A stretch of DNA of 53,307 nucleotides, taken from contig NC_068985.1 in NCBI RefSeq assembly GCF_001194135.2, positions 110,811,133 through 110,864,439 of the forward strand, written 5' to 3'. The DNA comes from Octopus bimaculoides (taxonomy: Eukaryota). Positions 1-11,836 of the stretch are shown in pieces. Position numbers and translations under genes: made by a program. The notes beneath the pieces were generated by a model. It was not told the DNA's origin and did no database searches. It saw nothing but the letters and a program-made list of their open reading frames with translations. Each line of letters starts with the position of its first letter. Positions within the stretch are counted from its first letter, which is position 1.

Positions 1-50
1 CACACACACACACACACACACATACACATATATATATATGTGTGTATGTG

Positions 51-106
<56 letters not shown>

Positions 107-108
107 CA
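1..108. repeat. Compound (CA)n/(TG)n/(TA)n microsatellite (tail/linker of the adjacent SINE)
   Basis: Direct dinucleotide runs abutting the SINE at 110. Confidence 0.95.
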
Positions 109-109
109 T

Positions 110-264
110 ACGACGGGCTTCTTTCAGTTTCCGTCTGGCAAACCCACTCACAAGGCTTTGGTCGGCCCGAGGCCATAGTAGAAGACACTTGCCCAAGGTG
201 CTACGCAGTAGAACTGAATCAGGAACCATGTGGTTGGTAAGCGAGCTACTTACCACACAGCCAC
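110..264 (-). mobile_element. tRNA-derived SINE, family A (CORE-like centre), 5' half
   Basis: Reverse complement starts GTGGCTGTGTGGTAAGTAGCTCGCTTACCAACCACATGG (A/B-box-like head), then CCTTGGGCAAGTGTCTTCT (CORE-like), and ends AAGCCCGTCGTA + microsatellite. Closely similar copy at 34385-34539. Confidence 0.9.
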
Positions 265-334
265 TTCTGCAACTATGACCAAATACCTTCCACCTGCGAT
301 TGTCCTTTTCATTTTTTCTGAAGTACAATGAAAC

Positions 335-430
335 TCTACGTTCAAATAACACGATATATCCTTTTCTAAGACGTAGCATGATTTTTGAGCAAGATTTAGC
401 TGCTATTTCTCGCAAACTGAGCGAGCACCT
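335..430. repeat. Interspersed repeat fragment, family G (AGATTTAGCTGCTATTTCT motif)
   Basis: Shares the motif and flanks with 48715-48832 (same orientation) and with 30545-30595 and 35325-35420 (opposite orientation). Confidence 0.6.
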
Positions 431-1787
431 TATGCGGTTGCCGTCGGGGTTGTAGAAAAAAACAACAACATGGTGTAATGTTTGCGTAATGGGCGGTGAG
501 GCGTAGTGTGGTGTATAGCGATGCGGTGGATTGCATGGGGTTATTATTGCATGAAGTAGATGCAGAATAGTGTGGAGCGCATGCAGCAGTGAGGGGAGAC
601 AGGAGGAGGAAAGCGAGGCGGGTTCGAAAACAAGTTCTTTTTTTTTAAAGGCTTCCTAATGGGGTATTTTGTTTTCTTTTTAATTGAAATTTCTTTGAAG
701 AAGTGTTTTTAGGAATTACAGAAATCGGAAAAAATGCTTCGTTGAAATTATAATTTATTACAGAGAAAAATATTATTTTACAAACGATCTCTGTTTTCCT
801 CCACCTCAAACTTTTTCTATGCATATATATATATATGTATATATATATGTATATANNNNNNNNNNNNNNNNNNNNNNNNNNNNNNNNNNNNNNNNNNNNN
901 NNNNNNNNNNNNNNNNNNNNNNNNNNNNNNNNNNNNNNNNNNNNNNNNNNNNNNNNNNNNNNNNNNNNNNNNNNNNNNNNNNNNNNNNNNNNNNNNNNNN
1001 NNNNNNNNNNNNNNNNNNNNNNNNNNNNNNNNNNNNNNNNNNNNNNNNNNNNNNNNNNNNNNNNNNNNNNNNNNNNNNNNNNNNNNNNNNNNNNNNNNNN
1101 NNNNNNNNNNNNNNNNNNNNNNNNNNNNNNNNNNNNNNNNNNNNNNNNNNNNNNNNNNNNNNNNNNNNNNNNNNNNNNNNNNNNNNNNNNNNNNNNNNNN
1201 NNNNNNNNNNNNNNNNNNNNNNNNNNNNNNNNNNNNNNNNNNNNNNNNNNNNNNNNNNNNNNNNNNNNNNNNNNNNNNNNNNNNNNNNNNNNNNNNNNNN
1301 NNNNNNNNNNNNNNNNNNNNNNNNNNNNNNNNNNNNNNNNNNNNNNNNNNNNNNNNNNNNNNNNNNNNNNNNNNNNNNNNNNNNNNNNNNNNNNNNNNNN
1401 NNNNNNNNNNNNNNNNNNNNNNNNNNNNNNNNNNNNNNNNNNNNNNNNNNNNNATATATATATATATATATATATACGTACATACATACATTTATATGTA
1501 CATACATATAGATATTTATAGACATACACATTTATCTGTACGCTCACTCTAGCAGGCTATCACAGACAGACGTACACATGTGTGCGCGCGAGTGTGGGTA
1601 AAGTCGATTAGTTACTCAGAGATTTCACGCAAGACGATCAGTCAGGCTATACCAGAGTAATAAATAAATAAATAAATAAATAAATAAATGGACAAATAAA
1701 ACTCTATCTTCTATACTGATTGCTTTCATTTTCTCGTTTGCATTTGTAAATGTGTGTGTGTGTGGATGTGAGTTTATGTGTGTGTAT

Positions 1788-1818
<31 letters not shown>

Positions 1819-1870
1819 CATATATATATATATATATATACATGTATATATACATTCCTTCGTGTGTATA

Positions 1871-1912
<42 letters not shown>

Positions 1913-2130
1913 TATATACACATATATATATATATGTATATTTATATATATAATACATACATAACATACATACATATACTTATATATATGTATATGTATA
2001 TATATATCAATACACACACACACACACACATATATGCATATGTATAAATATATGTGTATACATATATCAATAGGCACGTTTGTGTTTGTGTGTGCGCATG
2101 CTGTTGTATGTACTTTCAAATATAAGCATG

Positions 2131-2177
<47 letters not shown>

Positions 2178-2399
2178 NNNNNNNNNNNNNNNNNNNNNNN
2201 NNNNNNNNNNNNNNNNNNNNNNNNNNNNNNNNNNNNNNNNNNNNNNNNNNNNNNNNNNNNNNNNNNNNNNNNNNNNNNCACACACACACACTCACACACG
2301 CACACTCACACACACACACACACACACATATATATACTTACATATATGAATATATATATTAGCGTTCGAATGCAATGTATCTTAGCTCTAAAATAGTGG

Positions 2400-2740
2400 G
2401 AGTGGTGGTGATAGTCGGAGGTGTATGTAGTTATATACAAGGAGTAATTAGGCTGTAGTGAGGGAGTGTTATTTCTTGGTTGATTGCTTTGTTTTATCTG
2501 AGAGCCTTTCATTGTCGTTACTACTGTTGTTGTAGTTGTTATTGGTGTCAATATTGTTGTTGTTCTTCCTGCTGCTGTTTCTAGCTTTCAATGGTGTTTG
2601 ATGTTGTTCTGTTGTTTTCGTTGCTATTACGATTGATACTTCTACTTCTGGTGGTGGTGTCGTTTGTATTGGCAGTGTTGATGGTGGTGATGGTAATGGT
2701 GGTGGTAGTTGTGGTGGTGGTGGTGGTGGTGGTGGTGTTG
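2400..2740. repeat. Low-complexity (GTT)/(GGT)n tract
   Basis: Degenerate trinucleotide repeats ending in a near-pure (GGT)n run. Confidence 0.85.
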
Positions 2741-2741
2741 T

Positions 2742-2797
2742 TGCCTTTAGCCCCAGGTCAGCTGTGACTGAGCAAACCTATGATGAAAGGCGTCCCA
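2742..2797 (-). mobile_element. Short 3'-tail fragment of a retroposon
   Basis: Reverse complement ends ...GCTGACCTGGGGCTAAAGGCAACAAC followed by (CAC/CAA)n. Resembles a common cephalopod retroposon tail from memory; single copy in the window. Confidence 0.45.
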
Positions 2798-3044
2798 GAT
2801 AGACAGATGAATGTTTAGATAGATAATTGCTTATATATATATATATATAGATAGATTATAGATAGATCGTTGATGGTTAAATAGATAGACGGACCGTCAG
2901 ACAGACAGAGAAAGACAATTCGCGCACGCATACTCACACGTGTACGTGTGTGTGTATTTTTGTGTGTTTGTGTGTATGTGTATGCATTTATGCACGTATG
3001 TGTTTGTGTGTGTGTATTTATATATATATATATATACATACATC

Positions 3045-3052
3045 TATAGCTA

Positions 3053-3091
<39 letters not shown>

Positions 3092-3118
3092 ATATCTATC
3101 TATCTATCTATCTATCTT

Positions 3119-3215
<97 letters not shown>
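3045..3215. repeat. (TATC)n tetranucleotide microsatellite
   Basis: About 40 near-perfect TATC units. Confidence 0.95.
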
Positions 3216-3563
3216 ATATATATANNNNNNNNNNNNNNNNNNNNNNNNNNNNNNNNNNNNNNNNNNNNNNNNNNNNNNNNNNNNNNNNNNNNNNNNNNNN
3301 NNNNNNNNNNNNNNNNNNNNNNNNNNNNNNNNNNNNNNNNNNNNNNNNNNNNNNNNNNNNNNNNNNNNNNNNNNNNNNNNNNNTATATATATATATATAT
3401 ATGCACATATAAGCATACATAATATATATGCATATGTACCTATATGTGCATGTGTATATATATTTGCATAGATATGCATATTCATACATATGTGTGTGCA
3501 TAAATATGTGCGTTGTGTATATGTTCATGTGAGTATATATATGCATTTATGCAGGTATGTATT

Positions 3564-3620
<57 letters not shown>

Positions 3621-4124
3621 AATGTATATACATACATATACACGTTTATATATATACATACATATATATACGTATATATACAGATGTGTGTGTGTGTATA
3701 TATATGTATAACCATGTGTATGTATATATATATATATATGTGTGTGTATGTATATGTATTCTTATGTATGTGTGTGCGTATGTATGTATGTATGTATGTA
3801 CACCAGAGAGGTTTTGAATATTGTGAAATGCAATGCGTCATATACCTTTTTTTTTTGCTAAACATACAATATTAGCCTCTCTGTAAACCATTTTGTTTAA
3901 AAAGCCTAAAATTCTATTTATCAAATATGTTATACATTACATCAAAGATAGAATACACAAACGCACACGCACACATACACAAACACACGCACACATACAC
4001 AAACAAACACTCATACTCGTGCAAAGAGACACGCATAAACAGACAACACACACACTCAACACACACACACACACACACACACACCTATTATTAACTCAGA
4101 TAGACATAGATATATAATATGTTT

Positions 4125-4320
4125 TCGTGTGTTTTGGCTTCTCGGCGTTTGTTTGTTTACGTTCCCCTATGCTACCAATTCGGCAAAAAGACACCGATGT
4201 AACGAGCACCACACTTAAAATGTCCACTGGAATTGATGAGTTGAAGCAAACATTTAAAGGTGGTGCCCCAGTATGGTCGCTGTCGAATTACTTTAGCAAG
4301 AAAAGGAATAAAAGAAAATC
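4125..4320 (+). mobile_element. Old SINE 3' half (family C segment)
   Basis: GTTTACGTTCCCC...TTCGGCAAAAAGACACCGAT...GGTGGTGCCCCAGTATGGTCGC matches the 3' segment seen at 44110-44300 and, inverted, at 34145-34320 and 46225-46430. Confidence 0.7.
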
Positions 4321-4328
4321 AAAGAATA

Positions 4329-4452
4329 CAATTCTGTCTTTACAATTCAACAATTCTGTCTTTACAATTCTACAATTCTGTCTTTACAATTCTACAATTC
4401 TGTCTTTACAATTATACAATTCTGTCTTTACAATTCTACAATTCTGTCTTTA
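4329..4452. repeat. 22-bp minisatellite (CAATTCTGTCTTTACAATTCTA) x ~5.6
   Basis: Five full units with single substitutions plus a partial unit; no spacers. Confidence 0.95.
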
Positions 4453-4489
4453 ACAAAGTTTAAAACCATTTAAGAAACCTGGAATTATC

Positions 4490-5655
4490 CACTAACCTAA
4501 CTCTTCAGAAGAATTTCCCTATCGTATGTGATCTAAAACGAGGCTGTGTTCTTGCACCCATACTCTTGTCACTTTACTTTGCTGCGATGCTCCCCAGAAC
4601 AACCCAGGCATAATGGAGGACCTTTTAATCATTGTACAAACACCACCTGGATGTGACCCGCCAAAACGTAACATCACCATTAGTGGAACTGCCATTGAAT
4701 TTCGCTCATCGTGGTAGCCTCCTGTCTGTTCAATTCATAAAAGGATGTAGAAAACAAGATCTAAGCAGCATATTCAGCCTTTGGGAGACTTTCCAGTAGA
4801 AACTTTAGGAAGTAACTAGAATCTTAAAATGCAAACCAAAATGGTGGTCTACAATGCCATAGTTGTGTCTATCCTGCTGAAAAAGCTTGAACAATTCCGC
4901 CTCTAGAAACTTCGGTCTATTTTGAACAGCGAATGGGAAGACTACGTTACCAAGGTTGGCTACTAAAGAAAGTGGGACAAACTAGCATGGAGGTTACAAT
5001 CATCAAACACCGTTTCGGATGGGCAAGTCAAGTGGTTCTCATAAAGGAAAACAGACTCTCAAATATATAAGATATTCTTATTTGGGGAACTGAACAATGG
5101 GAGACGCCTTCGTGGACGCCACCTGCGAGTCTACAAAGAAAGAAACTCTGTAGTGTACCAGTATAGGCCACTGTTTGGTGTAATTTGACCGAGGCAGGAA
5201 CATTCAGTTTTGAAGAAAACGGAAAAATATTGGGTTGTCCGGAAAGTTCGTGCCGATTTATAGTAGCCTACCATGAAACCACCTCAATCCTGGGAAGAGG
5301 GTATTTTCAAGTTAAAGGAAAGATGGAGACGCATTGTGTAAGAAAATGGTTCATATTTAGTTGATTAAAAATGTAATGGCAAGTAATGGTAAGTAGTTAT
5401 TGACCTTTTTCTTTCCTTTAAAAATCGGTACGAACTTTCCGGCAACCCAATAGATATCGGAATCAAACGACAACATCGGTAAAAGAGTGCAACCCAACTG
5501 CAACGATCCAATGGGATTCTTGCAATAGACTGTTTAGAGCAAGAATTAAACCTATTAGCCATCTGAAATCCTTTCGTTCCCTACAATACAAATGACCCCA
5601 CTCTGTACTGATATGTACTAAATACTCAGAAGAGTCCTTGCCGATGACGATATAC
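4490..5655 (+). mobile_element. Degenerate RTE/BovB-like non-LTR retrotransposon (RT to C-terminus), interrupted by a mariner MITE
   Basis: Frameshifted translation gives LKRGCVLAPILLSLYFAAM (RT QG-motif region), AFGRL...TKMVVYNAIVVSILL, KKLEQFRL*KLRSILNSEWED, FGELNNGRRLRGR..RVYKE, FEENG..., CNRLFRARIKPISHLKS (RTE/BovB C-terminal motif). Many stops and deletions. Confidence 0.85.
5230..5450 (+). mobile_element. Internally deleted mariner element (MITE-like, 221 bp)
   Basis: TIRs TTGGGTTGTCCGGAAAGTTCGTGCCGATTT / AAATCGGTACGAACTTTCCGGCAACCCAA, TA duplications at 5228-5229 and 5451-5452. Interior retains the transposase C-terminus GIFKLKERWRRIV*ENGSYLVD*. Confidence 0.92.
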
Positions 5656-5764
5656 ATAACCGCAACCTGTAACACCACTTTAGCCAACTCATCTAAACAC
5701 TGCTGACACACATCAGCGCGCATGAACACATGCACACACATACGCGTGAATACACTCCTATATT

Positions 5765-6117
5765 TCGCAATTCCGCCGGCGACGCTGCCGCTCGCCGCGC
5801 TTACGCGACGGGCGGACGGCGAACGCCGAGCTAAGGCATGCGCCTTGAGGTTGAGACGCTTTTGGAAAACAATTCGGGTCCGGCTCCAATTCCGGCTTAG
5901 AGGCGTTCAGCCGTTATCGCTCAGAGGCAGCCTGGCACCACCGCTCTATTGAGCGAGCGCTCAAACCGTTGCTCTGGTTTCGCGGTTCCTCTCGTACTGG
6001 ACGGGATAGCCGTAGCCGAGTTGACGTTGCCGCCGCCGCGCACCGAACTTCCGACGCGACTCGGGGCGCTGCGTAAGCGCGATGCATCAGTAGGATAAAA
6101 CTAACCTGTCTCACGAC
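5765..6117 (-). rRNA. Orphan 28S rRNA gene fragment (3' domain V/VI; pseudogenic)
   Basis: Reverse complement has GTCGTGAGACAGGTTAGTTTTATCCTACTGATG (conserved LSU helix-93 region), sarcin-ricin loop AGTACGAGAGGAAC (5985-5998) and CTGAACGCCTCTAAG (5896-5910) in the correct order. GC-rich island with sharp boundaries; no other rDNA nearby. Confidence 0.92.
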
Positions 6118-6615
6118 ATATTAACCACCACGCATACTGGATTCACCATGCTTATTAAAACATACATACACAAAAACACGTGCGTACATGCACACGTACA
6201 CACGCATGCATGTACATACATATATACGCACGCATACAGTTCATATATACGAGGTCCACAATGCTACACGCTCATACACACACACAGACATGCATAATTG
6301 ACAAAGAATTACTTTTTCTGTTCCTCTTGAACGTGCGACACCACATTTCTTCCTGGATACTACCAGTCATTCGACTACTACTATTTTCAGGAAGACTTCA
6401 CAGAAAACAACACATTTGCCCCTTTATCTTTATTATCTTCTTTTCTTCTGAGTTACTTGTTTAAGGACAAGCTTACCCTCGAAACCCACCAAATACTTTT
6501 AATTTCTGAATTAATTTTTTTAATTGAGCGTCAAAATAATAATTTCACTTTGTTTACTGTTTGTCCTTTTGGTTGATATTTTCATCGTTAACTTCGAACC
6601 TCATTAGCGGCAAGC

Positions 6616-6762
6616 ATTGCTTTATAGTTAAGGAGCTCGCTTCGCAACCATGTGATTTTGAGTTCCGTCCTACGCAAGTACTCTGCATAAGTGTCTTCTA
6701 CTTAAGCTCAGAGTCAACTATCGTGTGAGGGAAAGTGGTAACCGGAAATTGTGTTGAAGAAC
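6616..6762 (+). mobile_element. Degraded family A SINE (5' half)
   Basis: GTTAAGGAGCTCGCTTCGCAACCATGTG...TAAGTGTCTTCTACT...GGAAATTGTGTTGAAG aligns by eye to the family A copies. Confidence 0.7.
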
Positions 6763-6772
6763 ATGGGATATA

Positions 6773-6995
6773 CAGGGTTGGCCAAAAGTCACCTGACAGT
6801 AAATCAAAACCATTTAATTCCAAGATTTATTTATGTTTAGCAACTAAATGAATTTAATAAAAGTATCTGAGTATGAAGCATAATGAAAGTTGTTCAAACC
6901 GAAGTCTTTCGTGAGCGACTTCATAATTGGAATGGATAAATAAAATTGAATAGTATTTCTGGAATTTTGATTTACTGTCGGGTAACGTTTGGCCA
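6773..6995. mobile_element. Tc1/mariner-type MITE (right end runs into a gap)
   Basis: TA at 6771-6772, then CAGGGTTGGCCAAAAGTCACCTGACAGTAAATCAAAA; inverted copy TTTTGATTTACTGTCGGGTAACGTTTGGCCA ends at the gap edge. Confidence 0.85.
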
Positions 6996-7468
6996 NNNNN
7001 NNNNNNNNNNNNNNNNNNNNNNNNNNNNNNNNNNNNNNNNNNNNNNNNNNNNNNNNNNNNNNNNNNNNNNNNNNNNNNNNNNNNNNNNNNNNNNNNNNNN
7101 NNNNNNNNNNNNNNNNNNNNNNNNNNNNNNNNNNNNNNNNNNNNNNNNNNNNNNNNNNNNNNNNNNNNNNNNNNNNNNNNNNNNNNNNNNNNNNNNNNNN
7201 NNNNNNNNNNNNNNNNNNNNNNNNNNNNNNNNNNNNNNNNNNNNNNNNNNNNNNNNNNNNNNNNNNNNNNNNNNNNNNNNNNNNNNNNNNNNNNNNNNNN
7301 NNNNNNNNNNNNNNNNNNNNNNNNNNNNNNNNNNNNNNNNNNNNNNNNNNNNNNNNNNNNNNNNNNNNNNNNNNNNNNNNNNNNNNNNNNNNNNNNNNNN
7401 NNNNNNNNNNNNNNNNNNNNNNNNNNNNNNNNNNNNNNNNNNNNACACACACACGCGCACACACACAG

Positions 7469-7504
<36 letters not shown>

Positions 7505-7507
<3 letters not shown>

Positions 7508-7575
7508 GTAACGCACTCACACACACACACGTTAACGCACTCACACACACACACGTTAACGCACTCACACACATG
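7505..7575. repeat. 24-bp unit (GTTAACGCACTCACACACACACAC) x ~3 within a (CA)n tract
   Basis: Direct tandem units visible. Confidence 0.85.
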
Positions 7576-7859
7576 CACATATAATTTAAAAGCGTTTAGT
7601 CATTCATAAGAACCATATATTCGACAATGAAAATGTTTAGTTATAAAAGCCGAGTTGAAATATTTAAACAAACGCAGACAGATTTCAAGCTATTTCGTTT
7701 CGTAACGGAAATTTCAAAGCATTGAAAAGAAAACAGAGAGAATAATAGGCAAATAATGGACTGTATTAAGGAAGATAAAAGGAAGGAGATGTGAGAGAAA
7801 CGTAAATAAAAGAATCTGAATGGGCGAAAGGAAAATATAAATCGACAGAGAATAATACC

Positions 7860-9480
7860 ACTCCACTTATAAAGTGTTAGGATATCTATAGGATTCAGGT
7901 GAGATGGGTTTGAAAAATATCTAGTTTTCTAGCTTTTAGTGTACTTAGTCTTAAAAGGAATGGATTGGAAAATTTAAAGTGAAATAAGTATGTGTAGATG
8001 AAGGAAAATAACTTTGAAATTATATTGAAAGCCGTTGATTAATTGCGAAGTTGAGAGCCCCGAAAGCTAACACTGTAGTATTAAAAATATTTAAGTTTAT
8101 GAATGGTTGACAAAGACATTGGAGAAACATTCTAATCATAGAGATATATAAATATATAAAATGTAAATGGTTTTTAGCGTTTTGGTGATAAGCCAAATTA
8201 TCAGCTAATAAATGTATTGGGTTATAGGAGGGCTAAAAATATTATTTGATAATTAAGTAAATTGAACACGTTATGGAACTGATGGAAATGAAGAGTAATA
8301 TTTAAAAAAAAAATTTGTTCCCTATGTGAATGAATGTACTCTAAAGTCGAAGCAGAGATAATATTTTAAAGCGTTCAATACGAAAATAATATATAAGTCA
8401 GGTACTTAATAATCAAATATATTATATAGGAGATGAAAGTGTATAATTTAAAAATGTTACTGATGTATATAAGCATAAGCCGAGGACGAAATTGGAAGTG
8501 TGACGTATTTTAAAGTGCTTTATACAAAGATTATATTAGTGAAATAATTGACTGAATTTAAAAATTACAGAAGTTTATCTAGAAAAACTGAAGTTGTGTG
8601 TATGGAGGTTTTGTAAGAATAATAGAAAACTGAGATCGGATAAAGATTAAAACAAAAAGGGAAGGATCTTTTCGGTTGTTGTCACAGATTTCATATTTTT
8701 TCATATTGTTTCAGTTGTTTTCAAATTTGGTTATACCGTTTTAGTTTTGCATACTAGTTATGAAAATTAAATTCATTTTAGCTATGCAAATTTTGGGTGA
8801 TTTTAACCCAACGAAAGCTACCGTCATACAACATGGCCGCATATCTCATATTGGTATCTGTTTCCATAGTAATATGCAAAGCTGTCGTCTGCTTTGTTTT
8901 CATTGTAACAAGGACGCTATACTTGCGCAAATGTGATACTTTCACCACTGCAACCACCACCACAAGGTTTGATACGCGATATCATCTTGTGACAGACAGC
9001 TATCGCGCAGAAAATGGTGGCTTCCGATTCCTGTTTTCTGGTTGGACTAAAAATGATCAAACTTTGGGAGTCAATAACATTTTTCCATTTCTTTTTTTTT
9101 TTTCTGGGAATAAATGAATCCCAAATTCAAATTCGGCGTGAAAAGTTACATCAATATATCAAATTTGAAAATTTTCACTTAATTCTAAAATTTCCAAATC
9201 TGTGACAGCGACCGAAAAATCCAAAGAAACAACAGATGCAGATAATGAAACATTAAAATGATGAGTAATAGCAAATTGAATGAGATAAATAAATGAATGG
9301 ATGGATGTTTGAAATAATATGCAAAGATATTAAATGAAATGTGTATAAATTTAAATATGAAATGCATTATAGAATGAATTAAAGAGGGAAAACAGGATAT
9401 AGGGCAGTATGGGAAAGTTGTTGAATTAAACAGATATAGATGTAGTAAAAAGATGTTGACGATACCTGTTAAGAAGGTCG
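7860..9480 (+). mobile_element. Highly decayed AT-rich repeat, probably a non-LTR (LINE) RT region, split by a TIR element
   Basis: Aligns by eye to the reverse strand of 13260-13720 and 16040-16230. Vestigial RT motifs in order: HWRNILIIEIYK (~8115), NYQLINVL (~8195), FKAFN (~8365). Confidence 0.55.
8664..9222. mobile_element. Non-autonomous TIR DNA element (559 bp), superfamily unassigned
   Basis: TIRs GGATCTTTTCGGTTGTTGTCACAGATTT / AAATCTGTGACAGCGACCGAAAAATCC (2 mismatches, 1 indel). Flanks rejoin collinearly with the uninterrupted paralog near 13410-13480. Confidence 0.8.
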
Positions 9481-9499
9481 CTGGTGAATATTTCCTATT

Positions 9500-9537
9500 A
9501 CTTTGGAAGACGGAAACTGTGAAGAAGACTGTCCTGC

Positions 9538-9589
<52 letters not shown>

Positions 9590-9825
9590 CTGCATATCTC
9601 TGTGTCTGAGCTTGTCATCACTTCCCGACGCTTGTCAGCCGGTGTTGATGTGTTTACGTCCGCATGAAATAACGGTGACGCAAAACAGACTAATAGAGTA
9701 AGTAGTATACTTTAAAGAAAATATAAACCCTGGGGTCGGTTTGTTCAACTAAAAAACCCTTCAAGACGGTGCCCCAGCATGGCCACAGTGCAATGGCTGA
9801 AACAAGCAAAACATAAAAGATACAT
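9500..9825 (+). mobile_element. 5'-truncated family A/C SINE with internal (TG)n
   Basis: GACGGAAACTGTGAAGAAG + (TG)~25 + GCTTGTCAGCCGGTGTTGATGTGTTTACGTCC...GGTGCCCCAGCATGGCCACAG...GAAACAAGCAAAACATAAAAG. Confidence 0.8.
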
Positions 9826-10623
9826 GAAGGTAAAAAGGAAGATTTTTTATTTCGGGTTAAATTTAAATGTTTACAAAAAAGTGAAAATGTGTTCGGCTAC
9901 GACAAAGATAAATTCGTATCTTAAAAGATGCTACTGGCGAGGATAACTAATAAGTTTTAAAGGCTTGTAAATTTTAAGCACTATATGCTTTTAGGAAGAA
10001 AATTTTCCTGAGTGTTTGTTAAGAATTGGAGTTTTGAAGAAGAGAATTTCCAAGCATTCAGGACTGCATCGTTGTATTNNNNNNNNNNNNNNNNNNNNNN
10101 NNNNNNNNNNNNNNNNNNNNNNNNNNNNNNNNNNNNNNNNNNNNNNNNNNNNNNNNNNNNNNNNNNNNNNNNNNNNNNNNNNNNNNNNNNNNNNNNNNNN
10201 NNNNNNNNNNNNNNNNNNNNNNNNNNNNNNNNNNNNNNNNNNNNNNNNNNNNNNNNNNNNNNNNNNNNNNNNNNNNNNNNNNNNNNNNNNNNNNNNNNNN
10301 NNNNNNNNNNNNNNNNNNNNNNNNNNNNNNNNNNNNNNNNNNNNNNNNNNNNNNNNNNNNNNNNNNNNNNNNNNNNNNNNNNNNNNNNNNNNNNNNNNNN
10401 NNNNNNNNNNNNNNNNNNNNNNNNNNNNNNNNNNNNNNNNNNNNNNNNNNNNNNNNNNNNNNNNNNNNNNNNNNNNNNNNNNNNNNNNNNNNNNNNNNNN
10501 NNNNNNNNNNNNNNNNNNNNNNNNNNNNNNNNNNNNNNNNNNNNNNNNNNNNNNNNNNNNNNNNNNNNNNNNNNNNNNNNNNNNNNNNNNNNNNNNNNNN
10601 NNNNNNNNNNNNNNNNNNNNNNN

Positions 10624-10660
<37 letters not shown>

Positions 10661-10799
10661 CATATTATTTTGATACTTAGATTAATACAAAGAAGTTTCA
10701 TACTTAGATTTGGGTTATTAGATGTGTGAGTGTGATTGTAGATGTAAAATCCACATCAGTTTGAAGTAAGACAAATGGATACCCCAGGAAAAGAGTTAT

Positions 10800-10960
10800 T
10801 AAATTTCATAATGCATTGGACGACTATATTGCTTATAAGGCATTTGATATATAGTGGGCGCATATTAGGATTAGTATAGTTACAATTAATAATATATTGA
10901 TATTCATTTAGCGGAATAAGACGAGTGGGTGAGGCAGGTCGAACACTGGCGATTTGGCAC
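10800..10960 (+). mobile_element. Possible decayed LINE RT fragment
   Basis: Translation DYIAYKAFDI*W (KAFD-like), then SFSGIRRVG in another frame. Only motif-level support. Confidence 0.3.
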
Positions 10961-11628
10961 AGCTGACAGGACATTCAACTTGTTTTCTGACAGAACTTCT
11001 CGGCACTAGAGACAAACACACACACATACGCTGCAATGCGGGGAAACATACATATACAAACAGAGAAAATAACAGAGGAGGGAGAGATATTCAAAGATTT
11101 CATTCAATTTTTTATGTATGCGGTTTATTTTGCCCTATTTTAGCCAAGTCTTTTTCATTTTTTCATTAAGACGTCTGATTTCAAATAAGCGTCGAATCAA
11201 CGTCGCCAAATACGCGGAGCAATAACGGTTGTGCCAAAACTTCTCATGCCCAAATTTAAAAAGAGAAAAAAAAAAATTTAATAGTATTCTCGTAAAGAGG
11301 ATTAATATTTTTCTGTGGAGCAAATTTTTTCGAGTAATATGTTTAGGGTCAAGCAAAAGAAAAAGTAACATCTCAGCTAAAATAATCATTACATTAATAC
11401 ATATTTCGTTCCATATCCCTAATCCTAAGGGACACGGTATCGGATTTGTGTTAAGTACGCTCTACGTTTATAATACGGGGAAAACTCCATAACACTCATA
11501 AACATTTTCAATCTGAGACTTAATAACACTTCTTCATTTGCATACAAACATTCCGTTCCTCTTTCAGCTGAACTTATTTTCACTTGTTTGTACACAGGTT
11601 TATAATTAGTCTTAGCAAGCTGAGCTCC

Positions 11629-11697
<69 letters not shown>

Positions 11698-11699
11698 TT
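11629..11699. repeat. (CTA)n microsatellite
   Basis: About 23 perfect units; source of the poly-Leu ORF at 11584. Confidence 0.95.
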
Positions 11700-11805
11700 A
11701 ACTTTCCTCATTAAATACAGAAGAAATCCTAAACTTTTTAATTATCTTTTTGCTGCATGCGCATCTTATATTCTAGACTGGTTCGTATTTTACACTCCAA
11801 AATTA

Positions 11806-11836
<31 letters not shown>

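Noticed and set aside
4329-4452. CRISPR-like regular repeat
   Set aside because: Units are contiguous with no unique spacers, there are no cas genes, and the context is eukaryotic.
5765-6117. Functional rDNA unit, or an R2/R4 rDNA-insertion site
   Set aside because: Only ~350 bp is present, with no 18S/5.8S/ITS, and it lies downstream of the known R1/R2 target region.
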